Positions 13,156 through 25,959 of a stretch of DNA of 64,000 nt are shown here, in pieces. A program made the position numbers and the translations under genes. Position 1 is the stretch's first letter. Each line of letters begins with the position of its first letter. The stretch is taken from contig JANJGN010000001.1 of NCBI GenBank assembly GCA_026770705.1, positions 194,184,001 to 194,248,000 on the forward strand. Reading direction: 5' to 3'. The DNA comes from Isurus oxyrinchus. Taxonomy: Eukaryota. The notes beneath the pieces are model-generated. The model worked only from the letters and a program-made list of their open reading frames with translations. It was not told the origin of the DNA and searched no databases.

Positions 13156-13534
13156 ATTGAAGCTGAGATTCTTGCACCTTTTTTTAAAAAAAAAGAATAG
13201 ATAAAAATTTTAATGTCTTTGAAAGAGCGTGTGGCGATCCAATTAGTTTTCTATTGCTTTAGCCCCGATAGTCAGATGATGTGCTGAATGGAGTCCTCCT
13301 GTATTGTAAGCCTCTACAGTTCGATGCCCCTGAATTGGAAGAAGCCCCGGAGAAACAGCATAAACAACTGAAAAGAGCCTTTCACACTGTTTGTCAGAGA
13401 ATTCTGCTGATAGCCCATCAAAGTTACAACTGGATAATCCCAATGGACTTTCAGAGTCATAAATTCTACATTGCAGTTTAGCACATTAGGAGAAAATAAG
13501 AAATCTACCACTTTAAGTGGTAGCAATTCAAACA

Positions 13535-13740
13535 GTAAATGTTGGAAATACTCAGCAGGTCTGGCAGCATCTGTGGAGAGAGAGAAACAGAGTTAACCTG
13601 TTTCAGGTTTCTTCAGAACTCCTTGAACTGAAACGTTAATTATTTTTCTCTCTCCAAAGATGCTGCCAGACCTGCTGAGTATTTCCTGCTTTTTCTGGGG
13701 TTTTTTTCAGATTTTCAACCTCTGGAGTATTTTGCTTTTG
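13535..13740. mobile_element. Head-to-head inverted Penelope-like fragments next to a splice acceptor
   Basis: ggaaatactcagcaggtctggcagcatct and agatgctgccagacctgctgagtatttcc are perfect reverse complements; CTGAAGA core on - at 13610-13616. Confidence 0.75.
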
Positions 13741-13775
13741 TCCAATTAACACAGTGTTTCTTCTCTCACTACCAG

Positions 13776-13950
13776 GTAGAAACAATCGGAGATGCCTATA
13801 TGGTTGTGTCCGGGCTCCCAGTACGGAATGGCAAACTCCACGCACGGGAGACCGCCAGAATGTCCTTAGCATTACTGGAAGCAGTCAAATCATTTAAAAT
13901 ACGACACAGGCCCAATGACCAGCTGAAGCTAAGAATAGGAATCCACACTG
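13776..13950 (+). CDS. NPR2: NPR2/GC-B-like exon (175 bp)
   Basis: accag|[58 protein letters not shown](G)|gtaaat; contains the GTP-specifying Glu and second metal Asp. Confidence 0.95.
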
Positions 13951-15781
13951 GTAAATTATCTTCATTCAAGTCACAGATCTCTGTGGGGAATATTCAAATT
14001 TTCTTGATAGATTTCACTGTCCAGTTGGGTTGAATGGGAACAAAATTTCACCCAAACAATTCCTAACACCTGGGTTCAAATTGCGCAGAAGTTGCACTTT
14101 TGCTCTCTGGTTATAATTAATATTCACCTGGAGGAGCACTGCACCATAATGATTAGGAAGATCCAAGTCTGTGTTGCCTTAACTGATCTTAGCAGGAGGA
14201 AACACTAAGGGAATACAATATGTCTAGGAATGGGAAAACAATCAGCCAGCATCCCTCTCCTGTAAAGATTCACATATATAAAATGGGCATTTCGGTGAGG
14301 TGCCAAAGGACTGCAAGCACCTATAAAACTCTGCTCCAAAATAAATCAGTGCCTTTAGGAAAGAAGCAAACTAGATTTTTTTTAAAATCCTGCTGATGTG
14401 AATAAAACATTTTCATTGCAGCCAAGTGTAGACACCTAACTGAAGAATATTTAGTTATGAAGATAGCTTCAGAGTTAGGGCTGTTTACTTCAGTGAATTA
14501 AAGGCAGAGAGTGGATCCAATGGAGGCTTTAAAAACAATAATGGATTAGACATATTTTATGACATGGAGAGGGACTGTATGGATAAAGAGAATATGTAAG
14601 CAAAGTGCTAGATTCAATGGCAGGAACTAATCACGCTCTGGAGTAGACTGATGGAATATGTGATGTGTAAACATTGCTGCAGCCTTTTAAAATACAACTT
14701 TTCAAGTTCCTGAAAGCAGGAAACATTTTATTTATAAATGAGAAATTGTTAATTAGCTGGGATTATGTGGGGTTATAGACTACTAGCCTCAAGCTTTGTT
14801 TGCTTGCATTGGGGAATTGGAGAGCAGTTCCCAGTGTTCATCCTACATTGGTCATGAGTGTTTGCTCTGCTTTCATCTCTTCCAGAACCTACTAGGATTT
14901 TTGGGCTTGAGGGGTGATGTAAGTGGTTGTGCTGTGTCCAAGTGAAGTGCACTTGATGGGCTTGATAGTCTTTTTCTGCACTTATTTTCAACTGATAATA
15001 TGAAATAACATTGAGGCATTTTCCATAATAACCTTTAATGCAGACATTAGCACAGACATGAGTGAGCACAGCAGTTTTCCATTGCCAACTGCTGCCCTTT
15101 CGAGGCCTTTCTGCTGCTGGTCAGCTATGTGTGCCTGCCAGCAGCTCTTTCAGTCCTTTGTCAGCTCTGCTTTATATCTTTCGTAATCTTGTTATATCCT
15201 ATTTCTATCACTTGAAATACTTCTGTGCTTCAGACCTTGCTTCATTTGTAGCTTGGAGCCCACTCAGTGACACTGAAACAACTCTAAATGCCAGCGAGGG
15301 CCAAAAGTGTTAAAACTGCATGAGTGATGTGGGTGGTGACAGAGTGGCCAGAATAAAATGGTGGACCCGACATCAGCACGGTTTACTGTTACTCTCAGAA
15401 GCAGGCAGCAAAACCATCTGCTGAACTGAGTCTCAATGTCTTCAGAGACACATGTGCATTCTTATTTATGTGCTGCACTAGATCCAAAGGCAATTCTACA
15501 TTTAAAGGCAGTATTATGGTATAAATGTGGTACAAAGCTTCAGTTTCACCTGGGGATTGAATTAATTTTTACTTTGCAACGTGGAATTAGGAAAACTGTG
15601 AGCAAGCAAATGTGCATAATGGAGTTACTTGAGAAGAAAGAAGACCTTCTAAATGATATATGGGTCGTCACTGTTCCAAATGGATTACAGCAAAAAGCTT
15701 ATTGTTGAGTATTAAAGCTTAAATGTTATGTATGATTAAGAAATAATTAGGAAACCTTTTTCTTTTTCTACCTACGATCAG

Positions 15782-15880
15782 GACCAGTGTGTGCAGGAGT
15801 TGTTGGATTAAAAATGCCACGTTACTGTCTATTTGGAGACACGGTTAATACAGCCTCCCGTATGGAATCTACTGGAGAGG
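15782..15880 (+). CDS. NPR2: NPR2/GC-B-like exon (99 bp)
   Basis: atcag|(G)[32 protein letters not shown](A)|gtaagt; guanylyl cyclase signature. Confidence 0.96.
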
Positions 15881-16123
15881 GTAAGTGGCTGCTTTAAGAA
15901 AGAAAATATGAAATCAAGTTCTGCATTGATACCTTCTTTTATACACCGAAAACTTAAATTATTTTATATATAGCAAATGAAAGGTAGAAGTATGCTATAA
16001 TGAAATGTTGCTTGTGGCATCTAAATATTATAAAGAGAATTTCATTGCATCCAAGCTATTTTTGTCAGCCTGACTGTATTAGGACTTTGATATCTTTCCA
16101 TTCTGAAGGAAGTTTGATTCCAA

Positions 16124-17002
16124 CAGAGATTAAATGCAGCTGATTTTTTACTGAGTTGGTTTACTCCTGCAGGAAGTACAATATAATAGGTGATTTGATT
16201 GATGTTTTTAAGATATTAAAGGGAAGTGAAATGGGAGATAGAGAGAAACTATTTCTTGTGGCTGGGGACTCTAGACTAGGAGACAGAGCCTAAATACCAG
16301 ATCCAGACCTTTCAAGAGTAAAATTACTTCTACACACAAAAGTGGGGTAGAAGTTTGGAACTCTCCTCCATAAATGGCAATTGATGCTGGATCATTTGTT
16401 AATTTTAAATCTGAGATTAATAGATTTATGTTAATAAAAGTTATTAAGGGATATGCAACCAAGTTAATGAAGTCAGTGAAGACAATGGTGTTAGGTCACA
16501 GAGAGACTCAAGGGCCTAAATGGCCTACTTTTGTACATATATACTTGTAACCCTCTACCAATCCCTCCATGTTTACAATCACATAGCCATTTTAACCTTC
16601 TCCAGCCCTACTCATTTCCTGTGTCCCACGCAATCTCAACACTTGCCTACTGTGCATTGCATCCTGCTTCATCTATACTGTAGAACATCCAGTCATCTTT
16701 CCCTCAGGCTCTGTGGCTGTCTTCCTTAAACCCATCCACCTCACCACATTGCTCCTCTAAAAGCCTCCTTTTATTGCATGCAGTAATATTTCCTAACTTT
16801 ACTGCTGAAAGGCCTGGCTCTAGTTTTTAAGCTATATCCCCTAGGCCCAGAATCCAAAACCAGTGGAAATAGTTACTCTTTATCTAGCCTTTCAGTTCCT
16901 TTTAACACCATGAAACCTTCAATCATCCACAAATCACCCATATGTTTTACTTCCTGCAGGAGTAAAGCAATTCCATTAAAAATCAGCTGTGTTTAGTCAC
17001 TG
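16124..17002. repeat. Diverged inverted duplication containing a CR1 3' fragment
   Basis: 16124-16330 is the reverse-complement homolog of ~16795-17002; perfect 19-mer tttactcctgcaggaagta at 16160-16178 and 16948-16966. Confidence 0.7.
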
Positions 17003-18846
17003 TCCTTTCAACTGCTGTCATGCCTCAGGATTTTTTGGCCATTTTTCTGCAGCAAGAATTTCCAAATGAGCTCTATTTAAGTGCTGAAAATATAGGAAAC
17101 ACTCAGCAGGTCATGCAGCATCGGTGGAGATGCTTTTACGTTTAAATGCCATGTTTTCAATTAAAATGGTTCGCAAAGGGCTGGAATTCTCCTTACTATC
17201 ATATACTGGAGCCACTGAGACAAAAGAGAAGATTCTGAGCAGAATTTCCTTGGAGCTGCTCATTCTCCGTCACTCCAGCGAAGCTATCATGGTGGCATGA
17301 AAATAGGTCTGACCAGCGTGTGTCGGCATTGAAGATGTATTTACACAACATCTGAGGATAACAGTTCACTTGTTATCTCAGCTCAGTCTCCTATTTACAC
17401 TGGACCCAAGAGAAATGTGTTATTTTCCGAGACTTCGATTAATTCCATTCCCCCTCCCTCTCTATAACACCCCCCAGTCCCTGCCCAACTGTGAAGTGCT
17501 TTGGGGCAGTTAGCTATGTTATGCAGGTCGTCGTTCATTATAGCTTCAGCCTGCTCCCATTTTTCCAGCAGAGGGTTACAAGGCATGCTTCTGCCCCAAG
17601 TTAGTGGTGAGACACTTCACTATAATTAATTTGTGTGCACTTGGTGCAATTGGGAGCCTGATTTCAACTTTACTGTTGTTGGTTAAGCTTCTTAGGGTTT
17701 AGGAAACTCAGCAGCAAAATGGAGACTGGAGCAGCCAGCTGCAGAAGGCAAGTGCTATTTCTAGCCACCGCTTGTGAGCCAGCAGCAGAACTGCCTTCCC
17801 ACCTCCTTGACCCCTCAAGCAAACCTTCTGCCAATCCCAGCCTCTCCCTACTGCTATGACATGCTGACCTCCCCATCAACCTGCAATCCCAAGCCACTGG
17901 CCAAACCCTACCCCACCCAACCATACCCCGGAGCCCCCAGCCCCCTCAACTTCCCACTTCAACCTGTAACCTTTCCCTCCTTCCCAGTTGCTGCACCGGC
18001 CCCTGTCTCTCATCTGAGATCTTCCCTGATTGCTGTGGATCAACCACAATGGTGCTCAGCTGCGGCTTTCTGTCACTGGCTTTCCACTTTGCAGCCGGCC
18101 AGATTGTCAGTCTGGCCAGCATCCAGGCAGGAAACAGAGTGAAAAAAAAACAGATAATGAGGCCCGGACGTTACATTTGGCAGGACCTCCATGTCGCTAG
18201 GATTTCTTGGTTTCCTCCCCACCCCGACCCCACTACTGCTCTCTCACAGTCTCTCTTCCCTTCCCTGTATATATCGGAGCCTTTCCATCTATTTGTGTAA
18301 CATTGCTGCAGGAGTGCAGCAGAAAGGATCTCTCCCATGTGAATTTATATCCTATCGATTGGCCCCAAAGAGCATTGTTACTGTTCTATGCGCCTTGCAG
18401 CAAGTAGATGAAAAGAAATCACACATCACAGATTTAAGCAGTGTGCAAATTTATGAACAATTTTTTCTGTAATAGGAGTCAGAAGAAAAACTTCTAAGGA
18501 AAGCAATCATTTTATATTTAAATGTGTTAGCACTTATATTTGTAACATTCTTTGGACCAATTTACAAGCTACAAACAGATATTAGGACAGCCTGTCCTAG
18601 AATTTGACTTTGAGTTCTATACCCCTGATATTCAATCTTCAACTTTATGTGGCTGCAAGAGCCTTCTGAGGCTGAATAACAATTCAAGCTAAGTTAAAAC
18701 CTTAAGCTAAACAGTCCCTGAAATTAGAACCATATCAAGAATTTGGCAGTAAAATTTAATGCTCAAGAGTCAATTTAAAGAAAATTCAGTCTAAATATAT
18801 GCCTGTCTTCATCCTGCCATTGACATTTTACCTCTTGATTTGTTAG

Positions 18847-18938
18847 CACTGAAAATCCACGTGTCCTCAACGACCAAGAATGTCTTGGATGAGTTCGGAA
18901 ATTTTGAACTGGAGCTCCGTGGCGATGTTGAAATGAAG
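18847..18938 (+). CDS. NPR2: NPR2/GC-B-like exon (92 bp)
   Basis: tgttag|(A)[30 protein letters not shown]|gtacct; HVSSTTK is NPR2-like rather than NPR1-like. Confidence 0.94.
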
Positions 18939-19024
18939 GTACCTTTATGTTTCAAGATATGTTCAACACATCCCAACCACAATCATGAATGACAGTTATG
19001 GAAGTCCTTATTGCTGTTTTTACA

Positions 19025-19640
19025 AATCATAGAAACTTGCAGTTCGAAGGAGGCCATTCAGCCCATTGTGCCTGTACTGGCTCTTTGAAAGAGCAGCCTT
19101 GCCGAGTCCCACATCCCCATATTCTGTCTGCAGCCCTGTAAGTTTCTCATCCTCAAGACCAACTCCCTTTTAAACTTCCATAACCTTTTCAGGTAGAGAG
19201 TTCCAGATCCCAACAACTCTGAGTCAAAAGTTTTCTCCTCATATTCCCTTCAGATCTTTTGCCAATGATTCTGAATCTATGGTCTTTAGTTGTTGACCCA
19301 CTCACTAGAGGGTATAGATCTCCTCTGCCTACTATACCAAAACCTTTCCTCATTTTTAAAGCCAGTTAGGTCACCTCACAACATTCTCTGAAAGGAGAAT
19401 ATGCCAAACGTTGCCAACCTCTCCTCATATCTGAAATTCCTTTGCCCCAGTGACATCCTGGTAATCCCCCTTTACACTGTTTCTAAGGTCTTCACATCCT
19501 TTGTGAAACATGGTTCCCAGAATTGACCAGGATATTCTAGCTGAGGGTGGTGATTTCTCTTCACTTTTGCATTCGATTCCTCTTTTTAAAAACCCAAGTG
19601 CCCTATAAGCTTTTATAAACCACCTTATTAACTTATTCTT
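19025..19640 (-). mobile_element. CR1-type LINE 3' fragment
   Basis: aggaggccattcagccc (reverse of the CR1 tail hairpin) followed by degenerate RT C-terminal sequence. Confidence 0.7.
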
Positions 19641-21880
19641 TATTTATTCCAGAATTTGTTAAATGTTTAAAGATTTAAGATAATAAATTTTGTTGGGTTC
19701 ACGGTGAGGGAGGACAGAGTTCTGGCAAAATTAAATTGCAGCAGAGGAGCTGGAACATTCTGTGGCATACTTGATTATTCCCTTGATACAGTGCTACCTG
19801 CTCCTTTGTTTAAATGATCCGATGCCTGAGATTTGGAATTGATAAACTGTCAAGTCAGAATGCTGGACAGGACCTTGCAACACTGGCACTAAATATTTAT
19901 CCTTTATCCCCAAAATGCCCAGTAATACCACTGAGCTTCCCACATTGGCATAGGCCTCCTCCCCAGTGCGAGTGAAATATTGACGGGGCAGGATGAGGCC
20001 CTTAACTGAGCATTAATCTGCTTCTTAAAGGCCCCAATAGGCCATCTGATTCCTCCCCCACCCCCTTAAAATTTCAGACAGGTGTTGGGGGGGGGTGGGT
20101 GGTTAGGTGGCGAGAAGGCCATCGGCTGGATTTTATTTGTCTCCCGTCTTCAAACCCTCTGATGGGAGAGCGTAAAATTCAGTCCTATGTAGAGTGAAAC
20201 CAATTGTAACATGCCTATTACCACCCTGTATGAGATCGTCTAACCTTTTAGGACATTCTTGATCTACATGGTTCAGTTAGCCATTTCTTAATCAGCTGAA
20301 TCATTGGGGAAAACTACTTCCAGTTTTGTTTTGGGATTGACTGGCTTTTTTTACTGGTTTTGCAATGAATGCATTCTTCATATCTATTAATATTTTCCTT
20401 CATTCTCCAGTCTAGCTTCTAGGTTGTAATATTTTTATTCTGTGCTCGCAATCTAATTAAATTGTTTGCTTGCACTTGTGTCATCCGTATCTCTCACATT
20501 TTAAAATTCTGGGGTTATGTCTCTTCTCAATCTTCTTTCTGCAATGAAATGAAATCCTGTCCTACTCTAGGACAGAATTGTTTCTGCCTGACTTGCAGAT
20601 AAATTGATCCACTCCTACACAGTTGCTGCGGGCTAAATAGGTCTTCCCAACTATTGATAGAGAAAAAAAGGAAAATAATAGGAGATGGGAATCAGAAAAG
20701 AAAAAAAGCAGTAAAAAATTGTTCCTTTCTACTATTTATAATAACAATAATTTATAATAATATTAATGCAACCGCATTTTGAATGACTGCACAAAGACCA
20801 AGGTTAGAGAAGCATTCCAACTGCTTCATATGTCATCCTTGACAGATAAGTTTATGATGGTTGAATGAGCAAGATGGTTCACTTGGTTCCAAAGCAAACT
20901 GAACCACTTGCATCAAATCTAAGCAAGCAACATGCACATTCAGGTTAACGGCCAATCTCACCAATATAGAAAAATCACATCAATTGACATTTTTGAAAAA
21001 TATAATTAAACCCACATGTGAAACAGACTGTTTTGCATTTCCATTCAGAAGTGATATGTGTGCAAATTGATAATTTGAACTGCTAAGATCCTCATGGATT
21101 CCTTCAGCTCACGGCTGTAATAAAGTGTTGGCTCAGTTCCCAGTTTCCATTTTGCTATTACGGATAAACAGCTGACTCAAAATCAATGCAGCTAATCGGA
21201 GTGCACTCCATTTATACTTTCTCAAATACATTATACTAATGTGGAAGAGTTCAGGTTTAGGCATTTTTATATCCAATGTATTCAGATGCTTTCAAACAAG
21301 CCTTAAAGACAAATGTCAAACAGTTAGGAATAGTAACATGACGTAAGGATTACTGTAAAAAAGCAGGACACAAAAATCTGACCAATGTTCTCGTGAACCA
21401 TTTAAATTGGCAGGTACAGCTACAGTTCATTAATTTAAAGGAACAAAATGTGCTGCTATTTTGTTTACCCACAATAGCAGTTCCCATGAGTTCATCAGTG
21501 TGAATATTCAACAACGCTGATGTACCCTTCACTTCAAATTGCATTTAGGCATTTTGTGGAAAGTTTGAAAAATTTTGGCTTAGCTGAGACTCATGTTCTG
21601 GCTGAAAAGATGGTTTGAGCTAAACATCATTAGCTTATATTATATTATATTAGTTCTATGACATGTTAGGCATTAATTTATCAGACACACATTAAAAACA
21701 TCACTTATTTTGATTGTTATATTTGGTATACATACAATATTTATTTCTCCATAATCAAGGGAGTTGGATACATAAATATGGTGCTAATGGCTAGGATTTT
21801 ACCAGCCCCCAGATGGTGGGCGGGGAGGTGAGGGGAGTGGTGGGGGTAAGTAAAATCATGGGGTGCAGCATTGGCAAACG

Positions 21881-22508
21881 ACTAGCCATATGAATACTGT
21901 GGCTACAAGAGTAGGCCAAAGGCTAGGAATCCTGTGGTGAGTAACTCATCTCCTGACTTCCCAAAGTCTGTCCACCATCTACAAGGCACAAGTCAAGAGA
22001 GTGATGGAATACTCTTCACTTGCCTGGATGAGTGCAGCTCCAACACCCAAAAAGCTTGACACCATCCAGAACAAAGTAGCCCTCTTGATTGGCACCCCAT
22101 CCACAGACATTCACTTCCTCCACCACCGACGAACAGTGGCGGTAATATGTACCATCTACAAGATGCACTGCAGAAACTCACCAAGCCTCCTTAGACAACA
22201 CCTTCCAAACCCACGACCACTACCATCTAGAAGGAGAAGGGCAGCAGACAGATGGGAACACCACGACCTGGAAGTTCCCCTCAAAGTCACTCACCTTCCT
22301 GACTTGGAAATATATCGCTGTTCCTTCACTGTCGTTGGGTCAAAATCCTGGGACTCCTCCCTAACAGCATTGTGGCTGTACCTACACCACATGGACTGCA
22401 GCAGTTCAAAAAGGCAGCTCATCATTACCTTCTCAAGAGCAATTAGGGATGGGCGATAAATGCTGGCCAGCGATTTCCACATCCCGTGAATTCATTTTGA
22501 AAAAAAAG
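21881..22508 (+). mobile_element. LINE family A 3' fragment
   Basis: MEYSSLAWMSAAPTPKKLDTIQNK peptide; same 3' tail as 1051-2549. Confidence 0.85.
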
Positions 22509-23018
22509 GATCTTGTTGGGACATTTGACTGGCAGCAGGACTGGAACTGGAGAGGCACACAGCCAATTATCTTCATTAAAGGCCCAATTGGGGGTCATTT
22601 TAATTCTGCAATCAGTATTTTGCCATTTGTGGGGCAACCCCCTGCCACATGGGGTTGGCTGCCAGCTAAATGGAGGAAGTCTCCTGGCAACAGGTGACAG
22701 CCTACAATACAAAAGGGCTCCTAATTTGGCAATGTCACTCAGAAATGTCACAGTATGGCTGGTGTGAGAAGTGGTAAAAATATTACACTGATGTAGCAAA
22801 TGGTACTCTCCTGACTTGAGAGTTAAGGCATGTTGTAGGGGCAGAGTTGGGAGTGCTTTACTCTCCACTATACCTGACCTGCATTAAACTAATGCTGATG
22901 CTTGATGCCTGAAATGGGAAGAATTCCATTCCTAATGGAAAGGTCCCTCACCATGATGAGCACAAAGTGCATTTAAAGAAATGGCTTAGATACTTAATGG
23001 CACCTTGTTAGTTTTTGT

Positions 23019-23680
23019 AGAACATAGAAGCAGAAGTAGGCCATTCAGTCCCTCGAGCCTGTTCTGCCATTCATAGAGATCATGGCTGATCTGTATCATA
23101 ACTCCTTCTATCTGATTTGGTTCCATATCCTTTTATGTCCTTGTCTATCAAATATCTTTGACTTCAGATTTTAAATTATTAATTGAGTTAGTATCTATTG
23201 TTTTTCATGTGGGAGAGATTTTCCTAACCTCACTTTTAAATGGACTGGCTCTGATTTTGCACAAGTGTCCCGTTGTCCTCGACACCCCAACAGCAGAAAG
23301 AGTTTCTTTCTAGCTACCCCATCAACTCCTTTCAAAATTTCATTCAAATCCCACTATGACCTTCCATATTCTAGGGAATACATGTAATCTCACCCCATAA
23401 TCTGACTGTTGTAGCCCTGGTGATGTTCTGGAAAATTTGCAATGAACTCCTTCCAAGGTCCATATATCCCCTTTGGGAAGCAGTGCTGAGAACTGTAGAC
23501 AGTACTTCAAAGACTGGTTGAGAAACTTCCTCCCTTTTACTATTCTATCCCTCTAGATATAAAGGCTAACATTCCATTAACTTTTTTGATTTTTTAAATC
23601 TGACTGCTACATTAGTGATCTGTGTACATGAACCTATTAACCTCTTTGAGCTGCTATTGTTCCTAACTTTTCACCATTTA
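23019..23680 (-). mobile_element. CR1-type LINE 3' fragment
   Basis: agaacatagaagcagaagtaggccattc (reverse CR1 tail) plus degenerate body. Confidence 0.7.
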
Positions 23681-24422
23681 AATGAAGCTTCCAATATAGC
23701 AGTAATTAAGTGTTGGACATGCATTTCCCACCATATAGGTAGAGGCAAACTAGTAAGCCCACAACAGAAAAGGCAATGCAATTTATGCATACTTAAATAA
23801 GGAGCTGAATTCAGGAAAACCAGGTCTGCATGAGGCCTAGCCAATGTAGCACCACCAAAAAGGTAAGTTTTAAAACAATGCTTACTGAATGTGGAGCTAG
23901 GAGGAGTGGGAGTGCTGCTCCCATCTCCATTGCATTGCTGCAGATCATTGTCCCCCAGTCCTTCATTGCCCCACTTCTTTCACTTTCCTTCCAGGCCATC
24001 TTTCCTTTCCCTTTAAGCACTTACCAGAGGTGGGTGCCATGTATGCCAACAGGTTATTGAATTATGGAGGCCATCACTGCTAAATCTTGTCTTTGGTTAG
24101 CTTCCACATGGGCACTTTTCAACAGAAGCTATCAATTAGCATTTTGTAGTAGGAACCCTGCCTTACTTCTCCTCAGCCTTTCTTGTTTCACAGGACTGAG
24201 ATCAGTTCCGGTGTCCATACATGCTGCTTTAGTTGAGGAAAGCTAACTATGCAAATCCAAGGAATCAAATCTGAAACTATTCTTGTCAATATGGTTCAGT
24301 GCAGTCATCAAGCAAGCCAATGGGAGAAATAGTGCCCATACTTCTTCTAAAGACTAGCAAATGTTTAAGGATTTACAATGGCGTGAGCACCTGAGTAACA
24401 TTTATTTTGTCTTCTTTGAAAG

Positions 24423-24485
24423 GGCAAAGGCAAATTGAGGACCTACTGGCTGCTTGGTGAGCAAAAAGATGTTCCCGACATCTAA
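24423..24485 (+). CDS. NPR2: NPR2/GC-B-like terminal coding exon with stop
   Basis: ctttgaaag|GKGKLRTYWLLGEQKDVPDI*TAA; in frame with the preceding ...VEMK. Confidence 0.94.
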   Translation, partial: GKGKLRTYWLLGEQKDVPDI

Positions 24486-24727
24486 CCTGGTGTCTGGTGT
24501 GAATTGCTTGTATGTTATTATACTGCAGAGCAGTGGTTATACAAACTGTAGTTTATTTGTTACCAAAACAAATTTTGGCTATGTTTATTTCTGGAGAACA
24601 GATCTTATAGAAAATATCTGTAGAAAATATCTAGATGTATCCCAGGTATATTTTATACCTGAACAAAGCTGCAAAACAAGTCATTTTTATTAAGATCTTT
24701 TTTCTTCTTAGCTGAATACTTTTCAAC

Positions 24728-24733
24728 AATAAA
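24728..24733 (+). terminator. Candidate proximal poly(A) signal
   Basis: AATAAA about 240 nt after the stop, followed by T/GT-rich sequence. Confidence 0.5.
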
Positions 24734-24863
24734 CCCTTATTTTTTTGTGCTTTCTATATTAAGATTTATATAATGTGTTTGAGAAGATATGTAAATATAA
24801 TATTTTCCCCATCTACAAGCTGTATATACTGTGTATCTAAGATATTGCTAAATATTTTGTTCA

Positions 24864-24869
24864 AATAAA
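24864..24869 (+). terminator. Candidate distal poly(A) signal
   Basis: AATAAA at the end of an AT-rich UTR-like stretch, downstream ttgattgttattt element. Confidence 0.55.
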
Positions 24870-25333
24870 CCAGATAAAACCTGCTTGATTGTTATTTCAG
24901 TAAATGCTCAGCATTGTCTCATGACCATATTGTTTACAAGATATGAGTTAGGATTTAAGATACATTTTCAGGACAATAGATTTTGGGGAGGAATGGGAAA
25001 TGGTCAATTGGTTCAACCAGTCTATCCCTTCTTTGGCTGCTCTCAACCCCATCATCTCACCTTATAAATCACTCGTCACTCCAAAACTTATAGCTTGCCG
25101 ACTTGGTAAATGTTTGTCCCAGTGGTATTCCCTGAACAATTGCTGTTGTAAAGCTGCTGATACTGAACCATTAACTGGTTAAGTACCAGTTTGTAGGATT
25201 CAGAATAGAATTGATATGACAAGAATCACAAATAATCACTATAACTGACAAATAATTGCTATAACATTATAGGCCAGTATCTCATGTCTAGCCAATCCTC
25301 ACTCTCTACATATACTGTGTTAGATAGTGATGG

Positions 25334-25772
25334 AAGTGGTCTTGTGGTGCAGTGGGTAGATTCCCTGCCTTTGAGCTAGAAGCTCTAGGTTCAAGTCCTG
25401 CTCAAGAACTTGATGGCCAAGGGAGGTGTGTTTATAACACAGCCTAACAGGTTGAGTATCAACTTGCAAATCTTTCCAAAATATGTCAATAGCAGGAGAA
25501 ATTCCTGGTCAGACCATGATGATTGAGAGAAATTGGAACCTCCACCATCACTATCCATAGCTTCAGGCTAAAATATGTGTGTTGCCACAGCAACCTGAGT
25601 TCCTTTTTGGGGCTGGATGGTTGTTGTGGATCAGTTTGGTAGAACAGCACAGGGTTTGATCACCATTCCAGTTGGGGTGGATTCGGGACTTATCTCCTTG
25701 CCCTACTTACGGTGGAGGCTGTGGTACTGTGAGTTGGACCTGCCTTTGGGCAGAAAACCCAAGAAGAAGACA
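25334..25772 (+). mobile_element. tRNA-derived SINE-like element
   Basis: A box TGGTGCAGTGG (25345-25355), B box GGTTCAAGTCC (25388-25398); ends in aagaagaaga. Confidence 0.5.
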
Positions 25773-25959
25773 AATGATGCCATTTCATTCATAAAAAGAT
25801 TAACTTACATTTTTCTTAATTAGAAATTGTTAAATTTTAAGTTAAAAATTTGAAGCAATATTGAAATCTAAAGAAAGTACTTGGAATCAGTTCTGAATTC
25901 CTCTGACTCACCTTGGCTATTGTTCAAGTTTTACTTTTATTAAAGTTAGCCATTGTGCG

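Noticed and set aside
25228-25268. Short tandem duplication acaaataat..ctataac (2 copies)
   Set aside because: Ordinary slippage duplication; not CRISPR-like and no functional sign
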